A DNA stretch of 64,000 bases, from the NCBI GenBank assembly GCA_965200805.1, contig OZ241384.1, forward strand, positions 763,305 to 827,304, read 5' to 3'. The position numbers and the translations under genes were made by a program. Position 1 is the first letter of the stretch, and each line of letters begins with the position of its first letter. Below are positions 48,060 to 57,587 of this stretch, in pieces. The notes beneath the pieces are model-generated. The model was given only the letters and a program-made list of their open reading frames with translations. It did not search any database and was not told the origin of the DNA. The stretch comes from Paracoccaceae bacterium (lineage in GTDB: Bacteria > Pseudomonadota > Alphaproteobacteria > Rhodobacterales > Rhodobacteraceae).

Positions 48060-49640
48060 TCAGGAAGATTCGCCTCCGATCATCTGCCATTGCCTTGTTC
48101 CCGCATCGGCCAAAAATTCTGCAAAGGGTCGGATGTCACCCTGCACACTTGCCGCTTCCAGTGTACGCATGTAGTCGTTTCTTTCCTCGACACGGATGAC
48201 CGTCCAGGATTGACCCGCTGCGGCCCGCATCACATTCATCAGGAAGCGCGCGATGCGACCGTTGCCATCCAAAAATGGGTGGATGAACACGAAGATGAAG
48301 TGGCCCAACACAATCCGGGGCGCCGGGTTCTCCTCCGCCTTGAGAAGATCGAAAAAGACCGGCATGCAGTCCCGGACAGCTTCGGCGCTCATGGGCACAT
48401 GCCGCGATTGCCTGATGAAGACCGGCAAGGATCGGTAACCGGCCAACTGCGAGGCCTTCAGGATGCCAGCCGTCACGGATGGTGCAAACAGACCGCGATA
48501 CCAATTGATCAGATCCTGTTCGATGACCTCACCCGCATCAGCACCTCCCAGAATCGTTCGGACGCTCTCTTTCACTGCAATGAAAGCTTCCCAGTATCCA
48601 CGGGCCGCAAGCGCATCTTTCAGCACGCGGTCTTCGTCACCCGCTTCCGGATTCCATGCACCCGATCGCACCTTCTCGATCAGTTCCGGTGACACCCGAT
48701 AGCCCTCGATGGAGAGCGAGTGATATGCATCCTCGGCATAGATGTCGTCGATCTGGTTGAGGTATGCCTCGATATTCCCGGTAATGGGTTGCGCCTTTGG
48801 AAAGATCTCAATTACATCCCCGCGCATGCTCTCCCACTTCAGTCGGATGCGATGCACATGGGGTGAAGTTATCCGCCCGGCATTGGCCACAGAAACTGAT
48901 TGCTCAAATGGATTGATCTCACGCACATCGTGGAACGCCGCCTTCATGGCTGACACGATCTCGTCGGCTATTTTTTCTGCACCAATGCTGCGAAAAGCAC
49001 CGGCGAGACGGCCTGCGGCACGCGTATGTCCCCCATCCAGGAGTCTGCCCAGGAGGCGCAATACGTCCGGCATCATCGCAAGAACGGCACGGACCTCTGT
49101 CGGGTGATTCCCAAAATGGGCTCCGGGGACAAGGATCAGCGCATCCTCGACCGAGAACAGTCGCAGCCCGTCTGATATCCGCAGCGCATCGCCCGACGCG
49201 ACAGTGGCGCGTGCTTCAAGGAGCGATGTGTTGTGAGGCAGATCAGTCTTCGAATTGCCGCCCTTGTTTGACCGGACTAAGAGTTGTGCGGGAACGGTGT
49301 TGTCTCCAGCATGCAGAGCAAGTGACTGTTCGGGTGATAGAGACCAGTCCTCACCAAACCGGTCCGAGAGATACTGGGCGCAAAAGCTCCAGTAGGATGT
49401 GTACCATGCGGTGCTTGCACCGGTGTTTTCGTCCGGTGACGACGGGATATACCATCCTTTCATGACCTTCTTGAGGAAGCCCGACTTCACAAGACGCTCC
49501 CGGTGTATGCGCGAGAGATCCCTGGAGCGAATGGCGACCCTGCCCTCTGATTGCAGGAAGTTCAGAACTTCCAGCGCGTTTGCAAGCTTTTCCGCTGCAC
49601 CTGGCACGACACCCCCGCCTCCGATCAATGATTGAAACAC
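48060..49640 (-). CDS. Fic-family protein (AMPylase-type) with a long N-terminal winged-helix-like extension
   Basis: Fic motif HPFLDGNGRIARFLMN. An upstream inhibitory-helix-type motif SLSIEG fits (S/T)xxxE(G/N). The N-terminal ~230 aa include VAIRSRDLSRIHRERLVKSGFLKKVMKGWYIP. Confidence 0.85.
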   Translation of the reverse strand: MFQSLIGGGGVVPGAAEKLANALEVLNFLQSEGRVAIRSRDLSRIHRERLVKSGFLKKVMKGWYIPSSPDENTGASTAWYTSYWSFCAQYLSDRFGEDWSLSPEQSLALHAGDNTVPAQLLVRSNKGGNSKTDLPHNTSLLEARATVASGDALRISDGLRLFSVEDALILVPGAHFGNHPTEVRAVLAMMPDVLRLLGRLLDGGHTRAAGRLAGAFRSIGAEKIADEIVSAMKAAFHDVREINPFEQSVSVANAGRITSPHVHRIRLKWESMRGDVIEIFPKAQPITGNIEAYLNQIDDIYAEDAYHSLSIEGYRVSPELIEKVRSGAWNPEAGDEDRVLKDALAARGYWEAFIAVKESVRTILGGADAGEVIEQDLINWYRGLFAPSVTAGILKASQLAGYRSLPVFIRQSRHVPMSAEAVRDCMPVFFDLLKAEENPAPRIVLGHFIFVFIHPFLDGNGRIARFLMNVMRAAAGQSWTVIRVEERNDYMRTLEAASVQGDIRPFAEFLADAGTRQWQMIGGESS

Positions 49641-50481
49641 GCTTCTATACAGAATTCAGGTTTATATGTCGAGCAAAAATTAGGTTATTGTGATGTTCAT
49701 CAGTTCGGAAAAGGCGATGGGCATATTTTCGGTTATCATGGCCGTCAACGTTTGGCTACCGGAATTTCTCTGGAGAATCCGCAGCAAGGCCACGGTCAAA
49801 TGGGGCGGGCGGTTCCGGTCAGGGCTCATTCCGGACTGTCCTGATGACTGTTTGATGAAGGTCTTCATCCTGTTCACTCCTTCACCGCCCGGATGAGAAA
49901 ATCCTGGATTGGTACAAACGAAAGGCTGTCATGACTTCGACGGTGTGAATCTGCAGTGGATTGGGATCTCTGCCCCCGGCGATCCAGACAATCTCTCACC
50001 CGGATTCGATCAACCCGTTCGATCATCGGAGAGATTGATCTGCAGCATGCGGTCAATCGTCCTGGTCGCGGTCGTGATCCGGGCCAATCGGAGCACCGCA
50101 TGTCGGTTCTGCATTCAAGGAATGAACCCTGCCGCCGCAAGAGACCTGCCCGTGCGCGCCGAAACACTGCCACCATGCCGGATCAGGGTTTCGCTGAAAT
50201 CGAAAGCAGGGAGGCCGGTGGACGACCGTCACGGTTGAGAGGCATCCTGTGCACACAACTCAGATCCGAAACCCATCGCAACGGGATTCTGGAGGCAGAT
50301 GCCTGTGGTGCCGCTCCGACAGCAATCGGCCCCATCACAACAACGGGTGCAGGGACCGTCGCAGGTCCATCGGTGGCGTCACGGACAGCAAAACACATCA
50401 TCATGCGACAGGGGACAACCATCCGGTGCCAGTGTGAAATGATCAAACCGCGGGCAGAATCTCAGGGTGAGACGTGGCGGC

Positions 50482-51996
50482 CTAGCGGTCGACTGTGTCC
50501 ATCCGGGGAGTGACTTGAGCAGGATCGGGCATGGAATCGTGCGGGTTCTCGTCAATCGGCCAGATCTTTCTCTTGAGATTGTGGTAGCTGTTCGTGGCTG
50601 GATTGTTCGGATACGGCCCGTCGACAGAGGCATAGAGGACATGGGCGGCGATGGCGGAAAACGCATCATGGAAGTGATTGGTGGACTTGACCACAAGCAG
50701 GGCCCTTCTCGAGGGATTGATACCAAAGCTTGCAAACACATCCGGATGGAAGACCTGACTGCGTACGGTGTTCAGGATGACATCGATACCCCCGATCATG
50801 ATCCGGACACTGTCACCGAGTGGCACGACACTTGCACCAAAGCTCTGAACCGCATCAGGCAGAATGCGGCGCACCGTGACGTTTGCGTCAAGCGGTTCGC
50901 CGCCTGAATGGGACATCTTCCCCCCGAAGCGCAGACGCAATTCGGTGCCTTCGCCGGCTGACATGCAGGTGCGGACTGCGATTGGATCCCAGATGGTTGC
51001 CAACGCGGCATTGCCCATCTTGCGCTGGATCATCTCACGCAGAATGACTGTGGAGTCTCCAGGGGCACCGCCGCCCGGATTGTCCCACACATCGGCAACC
51101 ACAACCGGTTTGCTGGTCAGCGAGCAGGCTTTGTCCAGAGCCTCGCATGGCGTCAGAAAATCCGGCCGTGTCCGACCCCTCATCGAAAACACCTCCATCC
51201 CGAGTTTTTGGGCGAGCCGATCCCCCTCATCCTTTGCATCATCGGTAATCACAATGATCCTGGCCCCAAGATCCGGGACATCGCCCGCCATGAACCCATG
51301 AATGAGCGAAACGGACAGGATTCCGCCGCAGCCCTCGATCGCCCTCAACGCATCAATAAAACTGCGCATCGGCTCCTGACTTGTTGGAAAGACATCAATG
51401 AGCCGACAATCGAAGGTCGATATCACGGGCACGATCCGCCCCGTTGCCGCACTGTCCACAAGGTCGACAAGGTCCTCCGCTGCCCTGACGAAGTCGGTAT
51501 GGGGGAACTCCTTGAAGACTGTGATCAGATCGGCATTCTCGACACGTCTGGCAGACAGGTGGCTGTGCGGGTCAAATGTGACCCCGACAATGACATCAGG
51601 CCCGACAACAGAGCGCACGGCTTCGAGCAACTCGCCCTCGCAATCGAGACAATCCTGGGCCACCATCGCGCCATGCAATCCAAGCAGCACGATGTCCACC
51701 GGGAGCGCCAGGTGAAGCTCTTCAAGGAGTTGGTCACGCAGGGTTTCCCAGGTCCTCTGGTTGATTATGCCACCCGGCTCGGCCCAGGTCGCCGTCCCCT
51801 CGATCAATGTCCAATGCATTTTTTCGGCTTTTGCCCGGGCAACCGGATAGATCGCACTGCACAATGTTGGTGTCGAGGGGTGCAGACCGGGGGGTGCGTA
51901 GAAACTGTCCCTGAAATCACGCAAGTCCGTCCGCAACGGCGAAAAGGTGTTGGTTTCCGTAGCGATTGATCCGAGGAAGACACGTCTCGGGCTCAT
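50482..51996 (-). CDS. M81-family metallopeptidase (MlrC / microcystinase C-like)
   Basis: 504-aa ORF. The N-terminus RVFLGSIATETNTFSP is typical of the MlrC N-terminal domain. A 4-nt overlap couples it to the upstream ABC ATPase gene. Confidence 0.8.
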   Translation of the reverse strand: MSPRRVFLGSIATETNTFSPLRTDLRDFRDSFYAPPGLHPSTPTLCSAIYPVARAKAEKMHWTLIEGTATWAEPGGIINQRTWETLRDQLLEELHLALPVDIVLLGLHGAMVAQDCLDCEGELLEAVRSVVGPDVIVGVTFDPHSHLSARRVENADLITVFKEFPHTDFVRAAEDLVDLVDSAATGRIVPVISTFDCRLIDVFPTSQEPMRSFIDALRAIEGCGGILSVSLIHGFMAGDVPDLGARIIVITDDAKDEGDRLAQKLGMEVFSMRGRTRPDFLTPCEALDKACSLTSKPVVVADVWDNPGGGAPGDSTVILREMIQRKMGNAALATIWDPIAVRTCMSAGEGTELRLRFGGKMSHSGGEPLDANVTVRRILPDAVQSFGASVVPLGDSVRIMIGGIDVILNTVRSQVFHPDVFASFGINPSRRALLVVKSTNHFHDAFSAIAAHVLYASVDGPYPNNPATNSYHNLKRKIWPIDENPHDSMPDPAQVTPRMDTVDR

Positions 51997-52077
51997 GATC
52001 GCCTCTTCAGGTCAATTCGGGGAATCGAATCCAGCAGACTTTGCGTATAAGCATGTTGCGGTGCCTGGAAGATTTGC
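51902..52077. repeat. Copy A of a 176-bp dispersed direct repeat (end of ATPase gene plus start of mlrC-like gene)
   Basis: Matches 61518-61693 with 5 mismatches by eye, in the same orientation. Confidence 0.9.
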
Positions 52078-52799
52078 TGCTTCGCAGCTGTTTCCACGAG
52101 TTTCCCATTGTACATGACAGCAACCCGGTCGCTTATATGGCGGATTGTACCAAGATCGTGGCTGATAAACAACATTGATACACCGCTGTCACGTTGAAGT
52201 TTTTTCATCAGGTTCAGAACCTGAGCCTGGATGGAGATATCCAGAGCCGACACCGGCTCGTCTGCTATGATCAGTCGCGGTTGCAGAATCATGACTCTGG
52301 CTATGCCGATACGCTGTCGCTGACCACCGGAAAATTCATGTGGATAGCGATCCATCGAACCTGCATCCATGCCGACACGCTCAAGCATCGATGCAATCCT
52401 CTGCCGTGCTTCCGAACGGTTGTGCACAAGTTTGTGAATAAGGAGGGGTTCGGCCAGCATCTGCTCAATGCGAAGGCGCGGATTCAGGGAAGCAAACGGA
52501 TCCTGAAAAATCATCTGGATATCACGACGCAATGGACGGAATTCAGAGGATGACAGATGCAGGATCTCCTGTCCATCGAACACCACATGTCCATCTGTGG
52601 CCGCTTCAAGGCGGGTCAGGGTCCGACCGACCGTCGATTTACCGCAACCGCTCTCGCCAACGAGGCCAAGCACCTCCCCATCATGAATATGGAATGAAAC
52701 ACCATCAACCGCCTTGAGTACGGATCGCCTGCCCATCATGGCCCGACCAACATGAAAATATGTCCTGAGGTCATGCACTTCCAATAGCGGACGGGTCAC
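51993..52799 (-). CDS. Peptide ABC transporter ATP-binding protein (DppF/OppF-like)
   Basis: GTG start overlapping the upstream stop (GTGA at 52796-52799). Walker A GESGCGKST, signature FSGGQRQRI and Walker B LIIADEPVSALD. Confidence 0.85.
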   Translation of the reverse strand: MTRPLLEVHDLRTYFHVGRAMMGRRSVLKAVDGVSFHIHDGEVLGLVGESGCGKSTVGRTLTRLEAATDGHVVFDGQEILHLSSSEFRPLRRDIQMIFQDPFASLNPRLRIEQMLAEPLLIHKLVHNRSEARQRIASMLERVGMDAGSMDRYPHEFSGGQRQRIGIARVMILQPRLIIADEPVSALDISIQAQVLNLMKKLQRDSGVSMLFISHDLGTIRHISDRVAVMYNGKLVETAAKQQIFQAPQHAYTQSLLDSIPRIDLKRRS

Positions 52800-53770
52800 G
52801 ACAGGGATCCTTGCGGATAATGGCAACGCAGGGAATGTGTCGGCGCGAGAACCGCAGCGCCCGGATCTTTCGTTCTGCATTCTGCCTTTGCTGCAAAACA
52901 GCGGGGATGGAACGGGCAGCCTGGCACCGCTTCTTCCAGCGTTGGCATGCGACCGGGAATTGCGTCAAGCCATTCGACATCGCGATCAATCGAGGGGATC
53001 GAGCCGAGCAGTCCCAATGTGTACGGATGGCTCATGTTGGAGAAGAGGGTTGAGGTCGATGCCTGCTCAACGATCCTGCCACGGTACATCACGGCGATCC
53101 TGTTGCAGGTTTCGGCAATCACCCCCAGATCGTGCGAGATCAGAATGATCGACATACCGGTCTGGTTCTGCAGCCGACACATCAGATCCAGCACATCCCT
53201 CTGGACTGTGACATCAAGCGCCGTTGTCGGTTCATCGGCAATCAGGAGTTTTGGATCACATGCCAGGGCCATGGCAATCATGACCCGTTGCCTTTGTCCC
53301 CCCGATAGCTGATGCGGGAAACTATTGATCCGACGGGATGGATCGGGAATATGCACACGCTCCATCAAATCCAGTGCATGTTGATGCACCTGTTTTCTGG
53401 ACAGGCTGCGATGTTGCAGAATTGCTTCCTTGATTTGATCGCCAACGCGGTAAACAGGATTGAGACTGGTCATTGGTTCCTGAAATATCATGGCCATCCG
53501 GTTGCCCATAATCCGCCGACGCTCCCCCGGCGGAAGTGCCAGCAGATCCTGCCCCTGAAAGTGGATTGATCCGCCCGTAATCCGCACAGCCGATCCTTCG
53601 AGGAGACCCATGATCGCAAGGGCTGTCAGGCTTTTTCCGCAGCCACTCTCACCGACGATTCCCAGTGTTTCATCCTCCTCGACAGACAGGGATACACCCT
53701 GCACCGCCGGCAGGACTCCATGCCCGCGCACAATGCACACATCCAGCTCTCTTACGTCAAGCAACACCAA
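52796..53770 (-). CDS. Peptide ABC transporter ATP-binding protein (DppD/OppD-like)
   Basis: Walker A GESGCGKSL, signature LSGGQRQRV, Walker B LLIADEPTTALD and the C-terminal oligopeptide-type extension (CPFHPRC). Confidence 0.9.
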   Translation of the reverse strand: MVLLDVRELDVCIVRGHGVLPAVQGVSLSVEEDETLGIVGESGCGKSLTALAIMGLLEGSAVRITGGSIHFQGQDLLALPPGERRRIMGNRMAMIFQEPMTSLNPVYRVGDQIKEAILQHRSLSRKQVHQHALDLMERVHIPDPSRRINSFPHQLSGGQRQRVMIAMALACDPKLLIADEPTTALDVTVQRDVLDLMCRLQNQTGMSIILISHDLGVIAETCNRIAVMYRGRIVEQASTSTLFSNMSHPYTLGLLGSIPSIDRDVEWLDAIPGRMPTLEEAVPGCPFHPRCFAAKAECRTKDPGAAVLAPTHSLRCHYPQGSLS

Positions 53771-53773
53771 GAT

Positions 53774-54625
53774 TCAGATACCTGCTATATCGTCCTTGAA
53801 TCGGGGATCAATGTTGTCGCGCAACGCATCACCGACAAGATTCATTGAAAAGACCGTAAGGATAATCAGTGCTCCAGGGAAAATCAGTAACCATGGTGCT
53901 CTGGTCACATAGATCCGTTCTTCACTCAACATGTTGCCCCAACTTGGAACTTCTGGCGGTAAACCCAGACCCAGGAAGTCAAGTGCTGCTGCCTGCAGTT
54001 GTGCGAATGCAAAGATGAAGCTCGCCTGCACAAGCATGGGTGACATGAGATTCGGCAGAATATGACGGAACAGAATTGATGCATGTCCCGCACCCGAACA
54101 TATGGCGGCATCGACAAAGATGTCACGTTTCAGCTTCAAAGTCATGCCAAAGATGATTCGGGCTGTTGTCGTCGCGTAGACAATACCGATCACGATGATC
54201 GTATTCAGGACACTGCGCTCCAGAAGCGTCATCAGAACCAGCGCAAGGAGCAGTGCCGGGAATGCCATCAGCACATCGACAATTCGCATCAGAAAATGAC
54301 CGAGCCTCACAAAATAAGCGGAAAGCATGCCGATCAGGCTTCCCGAGAGCAGAGCGATCAACACGCTTCCCAATCCAATCAGAATTGCCATTCGTGCACC
54401 ATAAATCGCACGGGAAAGCGTATCGCGCCCAAAATGGTCGGTACCAAGGATATGGGGCCAGGAGGGTTTGGTAAGGCGAATGAGCGGGTCGAATTCCAGC
54501 GGATTGAACGGCACCAGCACCGGGGCACCGATAGCCGCAATGCCAACGATCAGCAGCCAGCACAATCCGATTGATGCCAGCAGACGACCACGGAAGACTG
54601 GTGCAACGGCGGACTGTATGCTCAT
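53774..54625 (-). CDS. Peptide ABC transporter permease (DppC/OppC-like)
   Basis: Hydrophobic profile. Position is between the DppB-like and ATPase genes, with a 4-nt overlap with the upstream gene. Confidence 0.85.
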   Translation of the reverse strand: MSIQSAVAPVFRGRLLASIGLCWLLIVGIAAIGAPVLVPFNPLEFDPLIRLTKPSWPHILGTDHFGRDTLSRAIYGARMAILIGLGSVLIALLSGSLIGMLSAYFVRLGHFLMRIVDVLMAFPALLLALVLMTLLERSVLNTIIVIGIVYATTTARIIFGMTLKLKRDIFVDAAICSGAGHASILFRHILPNLMSPMLVQASFIFAFAQLQAAALDFLGLGLPPEVPSWGNMLSEERIYVTRAPWLLIFPGALIILTVFSMNLVGDALRDNIDPRFKDDIAGI

Positions 54626-55569
54626 TTTAGTGATATTCTTGGATCAAGGCCGGCATAGGCGAGATCCACAAGAAAATTGACCAGCAGATAAAACACGACA
54701 ATGATCAGGATCACACCCTGGATCACAGGATAGTCGCGCCGCAGAATTGATTGTATGACAAGCCTGCCGATACCGGGAAGTGAAAAGACAGTCTCTGTCA
54801 CCACTGCCTCACTGACCAATGTGGCAAAGGTGAAGCCGAATGCAGCTGCGACAGCAATGAGTGCGTTGCGGAAGATGTGCCTGATGGCTACCCGAATCGG
54901 ATGCAGGCCCTTGGAACGGGCTGTTCGAACATGATCCTCCCTTGCAACATCAAGCATGGAAGCACGGATCAGGCGAATGATAAGGGCAGCATTTGGTGCA
55001 GCCAGCGTCAGACTGGGCAGGATGAGGTAGCGCAGGTTCAAGATGCCACCTTCATCCACCAGCGACGGGAACCCTGAGGAGGGCAGCCAGCCGAGCCCGA
55101 CAGAGAAAATCAGAATCAGATAGAGTCCCAGCCAAAATGTCGGCACAGATGCGAATAACATGGCACCGCCCGAGGTCGCCTGATCAATCCATGACCCATG
55201 ATGACTTGCGGCAACAATACCAATTGGAACGCCGAACAGGACAATCCAGAACATTGTCATGACTGCCAGCAGAATCGACGTTTCGGCACCAGCTGCGATG
55301 ACGGAAAGAACTGGTTCATGAAAGAAGACTGACGTCCCGAGATCGCCCTGCAAGACATTGCCAAGCCACAGGAGATACTGTGTCCATAGAGGTTCGCTTA
55401 AACCGAGTTCGCGCGAGAGTTCGGCGATTTCTTCCGGCGTTGCTGTATCACCGAGCAGGATTGAAGCCGGGTCACCCGGAATCAGGTGGACAAACATAAA
55501 GACCAGAAATGAGGCAGCCAGAAGAGTTGGAATGAGTGTCAGCAGCCGTCTCAGGGCATAGATCAGCAT
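54622..55569 (-). CDS. Peptide ABC transporter permease (DppB/OppB-like)
   Basis: Typical N-terminus MLIYALRRLLTLIPTLL. The longest ORF begins 7 codons earlier, at 55590. Confidence 0.85.
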   Translation of the reverse strand: MLIYALRRLLTLIPTLLAASFLVFMFVHLIPGDPASILLGDTATPEEIAELSRELGLSEPLWTQYLLWLGNVLQGDLGTSVFFHEPVLSVIAAGAETSILLAVMTMFWIVLFGVPIGIVAASHHGSWIDQATSGGAMLFASVPTFWLGLYLILIFSVGLGWLPSSGFPSLVDEGGILNLRYLILPSLTLAAPNAALIIRLIRASMLDVAREDHVRTARSKGLHPIRVAIRHIFRNALIAVAAAFGFTFATLVSEAVVTETVFSLPGIGRLVIQSILRRDYPVIQGVILIIVVFYLLVNFLVDLAYAGLDPRISLK

Positions 55570-55594
55570 GAAGCGACCTGATGAAAGCACTTGG

Positions 55595-55621
55595 CCTCCC
55601 TGCCGTCACACGGCAGGGAGG
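55595..55621 (-). promoter_or_regulatory. Intercistronic stem-loop between the binding-protein gene and the first permease gene
   Basis: Perfect 11-bp stem CCTCCCTGCCG / CGGCAGGGAGG with a 5-nt loop. It starts 10 nt after the SBP stop codon on the minus strand. Confidence 0.4.
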
Positions 55622-55631
55622 TCGGTGTTTT

Positions 55632-57173
55632 TTATTTTGAAACATTCCAGAAGTGCGGCCAGATCAATGTTGCCTCGCCAAGCCCCTCAAGACCTGGTGA
55701 TGCGATGTTGTAGGTATAGACATCACCCGTCTTCATCGTTGGAACCTGATCATAGATCAACGCCTGAATCTCAGCCCAGATCGCCTGCCGCTCGGCTGGG
55801 TCAGAACTCTCCGTGAACCTGGCCTTCAAGGCATTCTTTTCCTCAGTTGTCCACCAACCGGGATAGTTGTCATTCATCACCGAAATCAGGATCGGGTCCG
55901 GCACAAATCCATGATGGGTGAAGAACATGTCCCATTGGTCCGGCTGTGCCCGCTTCTCAATCAGTGTGGCCCAATCATAGACCTGCAGATCAATATTGAA
56001 GCCCGCTCCTGCCAACTGTCTCGTGTAGACAATCGCCTTGTCGTAATGAAATGGGTAGTTTGTCGAGACCATGAATTTGATTGGTTCACCATCATACCCT
56101 GCTTCCTCTGCCATGCTGCGTGCAGTTTCAGTATCACCCATGCTGAAGTGCTCAGTGCCGGCATCCGAATACCAGACATTTCCATCAGGCAGGAATGAAC
56201 CGTTCGAGCGCCACAACCCCTCGGGACCGATTGCGACCTGCAGTGCGGGCACCTTGTCCAATGCGGTCTGAATTGCACGCCGAAGTCCGAAGTTGTCCTG
56301 CAACGGGCCATCCTTGGAGTTCATGAACACAAGACCAAAGATCGGGCCGCCATTCAGGATTGTCACAACCGAGGGATCGGCCTCAAGATCGGCATACAGA
56401 TCGCCTGGAATGCTTTCGGCATAGTCATAATCACCGGCCCTCAACCCCGCGACGCGTGTTCCGACATCAGGGACAGGGATAAATCGCAGTGCGTCAAACG
56501 CAGCAACACGCATGCCACCGTAGCCGTCGGCGTCACCGTCGGGTGATGCGTAGTCATCAAATCTTACCAGCTCGACATGACGATTTGGTTTCCACTCACT
56601 GAACATATAAGGTCCTGTGCCAATGTAGTTCTCCGGTGCGATTGGTTCCTTGCCAGCTCCGCCGACCACAGATTCCGGATAGATTGCCGGGCCGCCATTG
56701 ATGAAGGCAAGAAGATTTTTCCAGGGACCAAAGGGGCGGGCAAGTTTGATTGTGACTGCATGATCACCCGCAGCCGAAACGCTTTCGACATTCGAAAACA
56801 GCAGACCGCCCCGTGAACCGAATTCGCCCCATCGGTTCAGGGATGCGACAACATCCGCCGATGTCATATCCTGCCCATCGTGGAACTTCACGCCCTTTCG
56901 GAGCATGATCGTGATCGTCTTCCCGTCATCCGAGACCTCCTCGCCGGTGGCAAGCAGGCCAACGGGAGAATTCGAAGCATCAAATGTGTAGAGCCCCTCA
57001 AACATATGATGGGCAATTGTCGTCGACAGATCAGACGTGACGACTTGCTGGTCAAGAGTTGGTGGCTCGCCGACGGTTGCATAACGCAATGTCCCGGTCG
57101 CGAATGCCGCATTGGCCAGTGTGGTGAACGCTCCCAGAGCAACCACCGAGAACAAGCAGATTCTGAGGTTCAT
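55632..57173 (-). CDS. Peptide/nickel ABC transporter substrate-binding protein (family 5, DppA/OppA-like)
   Basis: Signal peptide MNLRICLFSVVALGAFTTLANA. 513 aa, and the first gene of the dpp-like operon. Confidence 0.85.
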   Translation of the reverse strand: MNLRICLFSVVALGAFTTLANAAFATGTLRYATVGEPPTLDQQVVTSDLSTTIAHHMFEGLYTFDASNSPVGLLATGEEVSDDGKTITIMLRKGVKFHDGQDMTSADVVASLNRWGEFGSRGGLLFSNVESVSAAGDHAVTIKLARPFGPWKNLLAFINGGPAIYPESVVGGAGKEPIAPENYIGTGPYMFSEWKPNRHVELVRFDDYASPDGDADGYGGMRVAAFDALRFIPVPDVGTRVAGLRAGDYDYAESIPGDLYADLEADPSVVTILNGGPIFGLVFMNSKDGPLQDNFGLRRAIQTALDKVPALQVAIGPEGLWRSNGSFLPDGNVWYSDAGTEHFSMGDTETARSMAEEAGYDGEPIKFMVSTNYPFHYDKAIVYTRQLAGAGFNIDLQVYDWATLIEKRAQPDQWDMFFTHHGFVPDPILISVMNDNYPGWWTTEEKNALKARFTESSDPAERQAIWAEIQALIYDQVPTMKTGDVYTYNIASPGLEGLGEATLIWPHFWNVSK

Positions 57174-57587
57174 AGCCCCCTCCTTGTAAGGAAATTTTGT
57201 AAGTATATTATATTAATCACAAAATATGTCAAATTTGAATCCGAATAATTCCTGTGAATTAATAGAAGAATATTTTTTATTACATGATTTTATTGTATTA
57301 TTTTACAAATAATAATTCATTTCCAAAATGTTATTTTCTTTCTTTTTATTCCAAGATACGCTGATTTGCACATTGCCATATTGCTCACGGATTGAGAACA
57401 TCATTCATCCTGTCCGCTGTGCCTGCACCGCCACCAAACCCTGTTCCTTGTTTCGCCTGTCCATGATCGGTCGGCGTGACGGATTTTTGCACCGTCAGCA
57501 TAGGGTCTTGTGGACCCGGACCATCTGGATCGGCACGCTCGGCACTGTCTCACCTTGAGACCCGCTTCCTGTCGGCCTTGGGACGGT

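Noticed and set aside
55595-55640. Hairpin followed by TGTTTTTTATTTT on the plus strand, which looks like an intrinsic terminator.
   Set aside because: No plus-strand gene ends upstream of it. Both neighbouring genes are on the minus strand, where the T-run precedes rather than follows the stem.
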